DNA from: Cladosporium halotolerans
Taxonomy: Eukaryota
NCBI RefSeq assembly: GCF_011745625.1
Contig: NW_027191471.1
Coordinates: 124,001-188,000 of the forward strand
Direction: 5' to 3'
Length of the DNA stretch: 64,000 nucleotides
Shown: positions 60,164-64,000 of the stretch, one piece after another
How positions within the stretch are numbered: position 1 is the stretch's first letter
Layout: the number at the start of each line of letters is the position of its first letter
Translations under genes and position numbers: made by a program
Notes under the pieces: model-generated
Database searches by the model: none
Told to the model about the DNA's origin: nothing
What the model saw: only the letters and a program-made list of their open reading frames with translations

Positions 60164-61440
60164 ATGATACTTCCTTCGAGTCTCGCGCTGCTGGCTGGCA
60201 GCGCAGTCGCGCAACCCGCATCGTACGCCGCTCGTCAACCTCAGCCTGAACCTCCTCCGCCTGGACCTCCCAGCACAAAGGGCTTCCAGAAAGCCACTGT
60301 CCACCCGTCCACCGGAGGTCACGCGTCTTGTGTATCTGGTATCGTTCCTGTGGCCGCATCGACGAACAAGAACATCAAGCTCGACATCCAGGTTCCTGCG
60401 AATCAATCGGACGTCACTGAGTTCTTCCTCGAATCCTTCTCAGCTGGTTCGGACCTTGCAGAGCGTATCGCACTTGGCAATGCATCTGTCGCAGGAAAGT
60501 ACGATATCTACGCTACACTATGCACTCCGATGAACAACCCAAAGCCCAAGGGCATACAGCTGCTTACGCATGGAGTCGGAGTATGCATCATTTGTCACCT
60601 ACATGTTACAGTTTGCATACTAACGAACGGTAGTTTGATCACACCTACTGGGATTTCGACTTGGGCTACAGCTATGTCGATGTGGCTGCGGAGCACGGTT
60701 ACGCCTCGTTCTTCTACGACCGTCTCGGCGTGGGCTCTTCCGACAAGCCAGACCCTATCCAGGTCATCCAAGCCCCTCTTGAGGTCGAAATTGCTCGCAC
60801 GCTCGCAACCTCCCTTCGCAAGGGCACCTTCAGCGGCCAGAAGTTCGGAAAAGTCGTTGGTGTCGGACACTCTTTTGGCAGCATCATCACCCAGGCCATC
60901 ACACAGCTCTACCCCGAAATCCTCGACGCTGCCGTCCTGACCGGTTTCTCATCCGATCTCTCGAACCAGCCCACCTTCCTGCAAGCCCTGAACCTCGCCA
61001 TCGCCCGGGAGAACCAACCCACGCGCTTCCCCTCCCTCAACAACGCCTTCCTCGTCTCCAGCACCATCATCTCCAACCAAATCGGCTTCTTCAAAGCCAA
61101 CGGCTTCGACCCCGCCCTCCTCCGCAAAGCCGAAGACACAAAAGGAACCGTCACCATCGGCGAGCTCAACAGCCTCTCCGGCGTCGGCGGGCCCGCGGAC
61201 CGCTTCACCAAGCCCGTCATCGTCGTCGACGGCGACGCCGACTACCCCTTCTGCACCGGCAACTGCTCGTTCCCGACCAACCTCGCCGAGGCCGTGCATG
61301 GCAAGTACTACCCGAACCTCGCGGACGGCGACTTCGACGCGTACCTCGCGCCGCTGGCGGGCCACGGGCTGAACTTCCATTACTCGGCCGCTGCGGCGTT
61401 CGAGCATGCGCAGAAGTTCCTTGCGGAGCATGGTCTGTGA
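60164..61440 (+). CDS. Secreted alpha/beta-hydrolase; intron 60581-60633
   Basis: Signal peptide, LLTHGVG|FDHTYWD, YDRLGVGSS, nucleophile elbow GHSFG, GDADYPFC and GHGLNFH. Confidence 0.9.
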
Positions 61441-62040
61441 TTGGGTTGAGTGAGGGATGTTTGGGTCTTTCGTTCTTTTGTCCGTTCGAGCGGTTTGCTA
61501 CTTTTTCGTACATAGATTCCCCATTAGACTTTCGTTTCTTCTTGCCGCTGGCTGTCGTCTACGGGCTCTGCGTGCGATCGCTTTTTTTTTTGTTTTGAGA
61601 AGCGCGCTCGCGGCAGGCGTCGCGGCGTATTTACAATATTGAATGATTAGACATTTGTTATACCCAGAAGGAGCACCCATGTATCCCTTCCGTGACCTGA
61701 AACGAAATGTACACATCTGCGGACTCGCAGGAATAGACAATCAAGTCCTTTGAGAGACGATGGATTTGTTTCTGTATTGAAGTCGTTCTTTTGCCCCTAG
61801 TATATCCATGCGAAATGCGGCTGTGGCCTAATGGTCAACAGAACGAGATAATTCTCTGCCGTCACTTGTGAAGGGAGTTCAGGCGACGAAGTAGTACGAT
61901 TCCACGTCTTATTTCGATGATAAGCTCTCAGCTGGACAAATTGTGATTACTTTTTGCTGTTACGATCCTACAAAAATCGTACACAAGTCATACATTCAAT
62001 CGAGCTTTCATCTTTGTCGAACGGTGGGTATTCAATTACG

Positions 62041-62089
62041 TTAGGGTCAGGATTACCCTCTTAAGTGAAGCGAGGGTTAGGGTTAGGGT
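62041..62089. repeat. Interstitial telomeric repeats (TTAGGG at 62041; AGGGTTAGGGTTAGGGT at 62073-62089)
   Basis: Read directly, about 290 nt upstream of the ATG at 62377. Confidence 0.7.
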
Positions 62090-62376
62090 GAGCCTTGCTC
62101 CCTCGCACCCCGCATCAACACCAAGAGTCGGCGGCTGTTTCGGCCATGTCAGGCGATGTGAAGCCTCGGTAGCTCGGATGCTGATGTTGTCCCAAGATGT
62201 ACGATACCTAGGTAGATTCTTAATTGATATCGATGGAGTCTTGACTTTGGCCATGACGGCTGCAAACACGGGAAGACCTCTCTCTACTTTGACATCGTCT
62301 TATTAAACCAAGGTAGCTCTCATTCTAGAGCGAAGACTGAGGATCTTCGGAACCGAGCTCAGCTCATGTTAGCATA

Positions 62377-64000
62377 ATGGCGGATGCACCAGTCTCGTCG
62401 TCGTCGACGACGGGCTTCTTCCAGGCTTTGCCTAAGATCCTGCCGCAATATACATGCCTACATCTTGCTTCTGACCAGAATGAAGCCGTCGATGATAAAG
62501 TCCTGACCAGACTTGTCAGGCAATACTTGCCCGCAGATGGTCAGAAAGCTGTCGGCAAGTCGATGCATGACATGTCTCGCACTGTCCTCGAGCGCAGCGT
62601 CCTGGCTCACGCTGTCGAGGCAGAGACCTCGACGCCTTATTTGCGTCCCCTGACTACCTTTGGCGAGGTCAACGACAACGACCCTTTGGTCACTTGCGAA
62701 GGCTGGAAAGCCCTGAAAGCAGTCGGCATACGAGCTGGCGTTGTCAAAACGGCCTACGATGAATCCGTCACGTCTCACAACCGCCGCCTGCATCAGTTCC
62801 TCCTCAACCATACATGGCACCACACTTCGACTTTGACCATGTGTCCGATGACAATGACCGACGGAGCCGCGACTCTGCTCGCCAAGCACTGGAGCGAGGC
62901 CGACGGCGACCAACCTGGGCGGCAAGCAGTCCTCAAAGAATACTACCGCCGGCTCACAAGTGACGATCCCGGCCAGGCATGGACCAGCGGCCAATGGATG
63001 ACCGAGAGATCAGGCGGCAGCGACGTCCGGGGCACCGAAACCGTCGCTGCCAGAATCACTCACAGCGCCAGCCGGCAGGGCCAGGACGTCCTGGGCCAGC
63101 CCCTCGGTCCTTGGTCCATCGACGGCTTCAAATGGTTCAGCAGCGCCACCGACTCCGACATGGCCGTGATGCTCGCGCAGACGACGAGAGGCCTCAGCGC
63201 CTTCGTCGTGCCGATGCGCCGCGAGACAGCGACCGGCTCGCAGCTCAACGGCATCCGCATCCAGCGTCTGAAGAACAAAATGGGGACCAAAGGCTTGCCG
63301 ACGGCTGAGCTCGAGCTCAAAGGCGCGCGGGGCTGGCTGCTGGGCGAGGAAGGGAAGGGTGTGCGGGAGATCTCAACGATCCTGAATATCACGCGCCTGC
63401 ACACTGCAGCCGGGAATGTATCGTCCTGGTCTCGCGGCCTGGCGGTCAGTAGGGCTTACACGATTGCCCGGAAGGCTCGTGGGGCCTACTTGTCTGAGAA
63501 CCTGCAGCATAACTACTGGATGGCTGCGGAGACGGTCAAGTACTGGGCTGCGACGTCTCTTACGTTCTTCGGGGCGGCTCTGCTGGGTTGCGCCGAGCAG
63601 GGCATTAGCATTATGAAAGATACTCCAAGCTCCGCGTTGGTTTCTGACATCGAGACGACGAGGCACTTGCTCAGACTGCTTACGCCCGTCATCAAAGCGC
63701 AGGTCAGCATGGCGGGTGTTGCTGGCCTGCGCGCGAACATGGAGAGCCTCGGCGGGGTCGGCTACTGCGAGAACCACGAGGACGGCGGGATCTTGAACCT
63801 TGCGAAGCTCTTTAGAGACTCGGTCGTGGCGACCATTTGGGAGGGTACTGTCAGCGTCATGGCGGATGATGTTGGCCGGGTGCTGAGTGACAAGCGGATC
63901 GCGGAAGGTCGGATCGTGGAAGATGTTTTCGCGACGTGGGTGAAGAAGATCTTGGAGCCGTGTCACAAGCGCTTTCCCAGGGAGTGTGCTGCCGTCGAGG
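62377..64000 (+). CDS. AidB-like acyl-CoA dehydrogenase family protein, truncated by the window end
   Basis: Absent from the ORF track because it has no stop in the window. It reads MADAPVSSSSTTGFFQ..CPMTMTDGAA..WTSGQWMTERSGGSDV..GFKWFSSATD..RLKNKMGTKGLPTAELEL..ILNITR..LGGVGY..TIWEGT. Confidence 0.9.
   Translation, partial: MADAPVSSSSTTGFFQALPKILPQYTCLHLASDQNEAVDDKVLTRLVRQYLPADGQKAVGKSMHDMSRTVLERSVLAHAVEAETSTPYLRPLTTFGEVNDNDPLVTCEGWKALKAVGIRAGVVKTAYDESVTSHNRRLHQFLLNHTWHHTSTLTMCPMTMTDGAATLLAKHWSEADGDQPGRQAVLKEYYRRLTSDDPGQAWTSGQWMTERSGGSDVRGTETVAARITHSASRQGQDVLGQPLGPWSIDGFKWFSSATDSDMAVMLAQTTRGLSAFVVPMRRETATGSQLNGIRIQRLKNKMGTKGLPTAELELKGARGWLLGEEGKGVREISTILNITRLHTAAGNVSSWSRGLAVSRAYTIARKARGAYLSENLQHNYWMAAETVKYWAATSLTFFGAALLGCAEQGISIMKDTPSSALVSDIETTRHLLRLLTPVIKAQVSMAGVAGLRANMESLGGVGYCENHEDGGILNLAKLFRDSVVATIWEGTVSVMADDVGRVLSDKRIAEGRIVEDVFATWVKKILEPCHKRFPRECAAVE

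Noticed and set aside
61817..61900. tRNA-like 5' segment GCGGCTGTGGCCTAATGGTCAA
   Set aside because: It resembles an acceptor strand plus A-box, but the D-stem does not close and there is no paired T-arm or 3' acceptor strand. At most it is a fragment; tRNAscan-SE would settle it.
1..64000. TGA-CTA stop-codon readthrough, transposons, RIP-type AT-rich blocks, rRNA and snRNA genes
   Set aside because: None of the stop codons I inspected has the TGA CTA context. No transposase/RT ORFs, long terminal repeats or RNA-gene signatures were recognised by eye.

Overview
Gene-dense eukaryotic (filamentous ascomycete) DNA with short GT-AG introns and CTRAC/CTAAC branch points. The hydrophobin resembles, from memory, the Cladosporium HCh-1/HCf-1 type, so a Dothideomycete such as Cladosporium is a plausible but unproven source. 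About 24 protein genes can be modelled by hand: RLI1/ABCE1, PRP40, a LIM protein, a type I membrane protein, COT1/CBK1 kinase, RPB12, NAR1, IME2-like kinase, RRP42, TMF/SGM1 golgin, TBCE, SF3A2, a conserved hypothetical, a GNAT, SIR2, a KDEL-ending agmatinase-like enzyme, PSF1, a bHLH factor, FPG, Pol X, a small Cys-rich secreted protein, an ornithine cyclodeaminase-like protein, a hydrophobin, a secreted alpha/beta hydrolase and a 3'-truncated AidB-like acyl-CoA dehydrogenase. There is also one degraded F-box-like pseudogene. No rRNA, intact tRNA, CRISPR or transposon was recognisable. The most unusual signal is not a gene: roughly 18 strand-symmetric domains of 0.6-1.3 kb switch from C/A-rich through a CG-rich centre to G/T-rich, regardless of gene strand, gene position, introns or coding status. 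Also notable are a head-to-head base-excision-repair pair (FPG and Pol X) sharing an MCB-rich spacer, a signal-peptide plus KDEL ureohydrolase, a composite repeat/E-box block upstream of the bHLH gene, and an identical 16-nt telomere-like motif at two distant loci. All exon boundaries were inferred by eye and no database searches were run.
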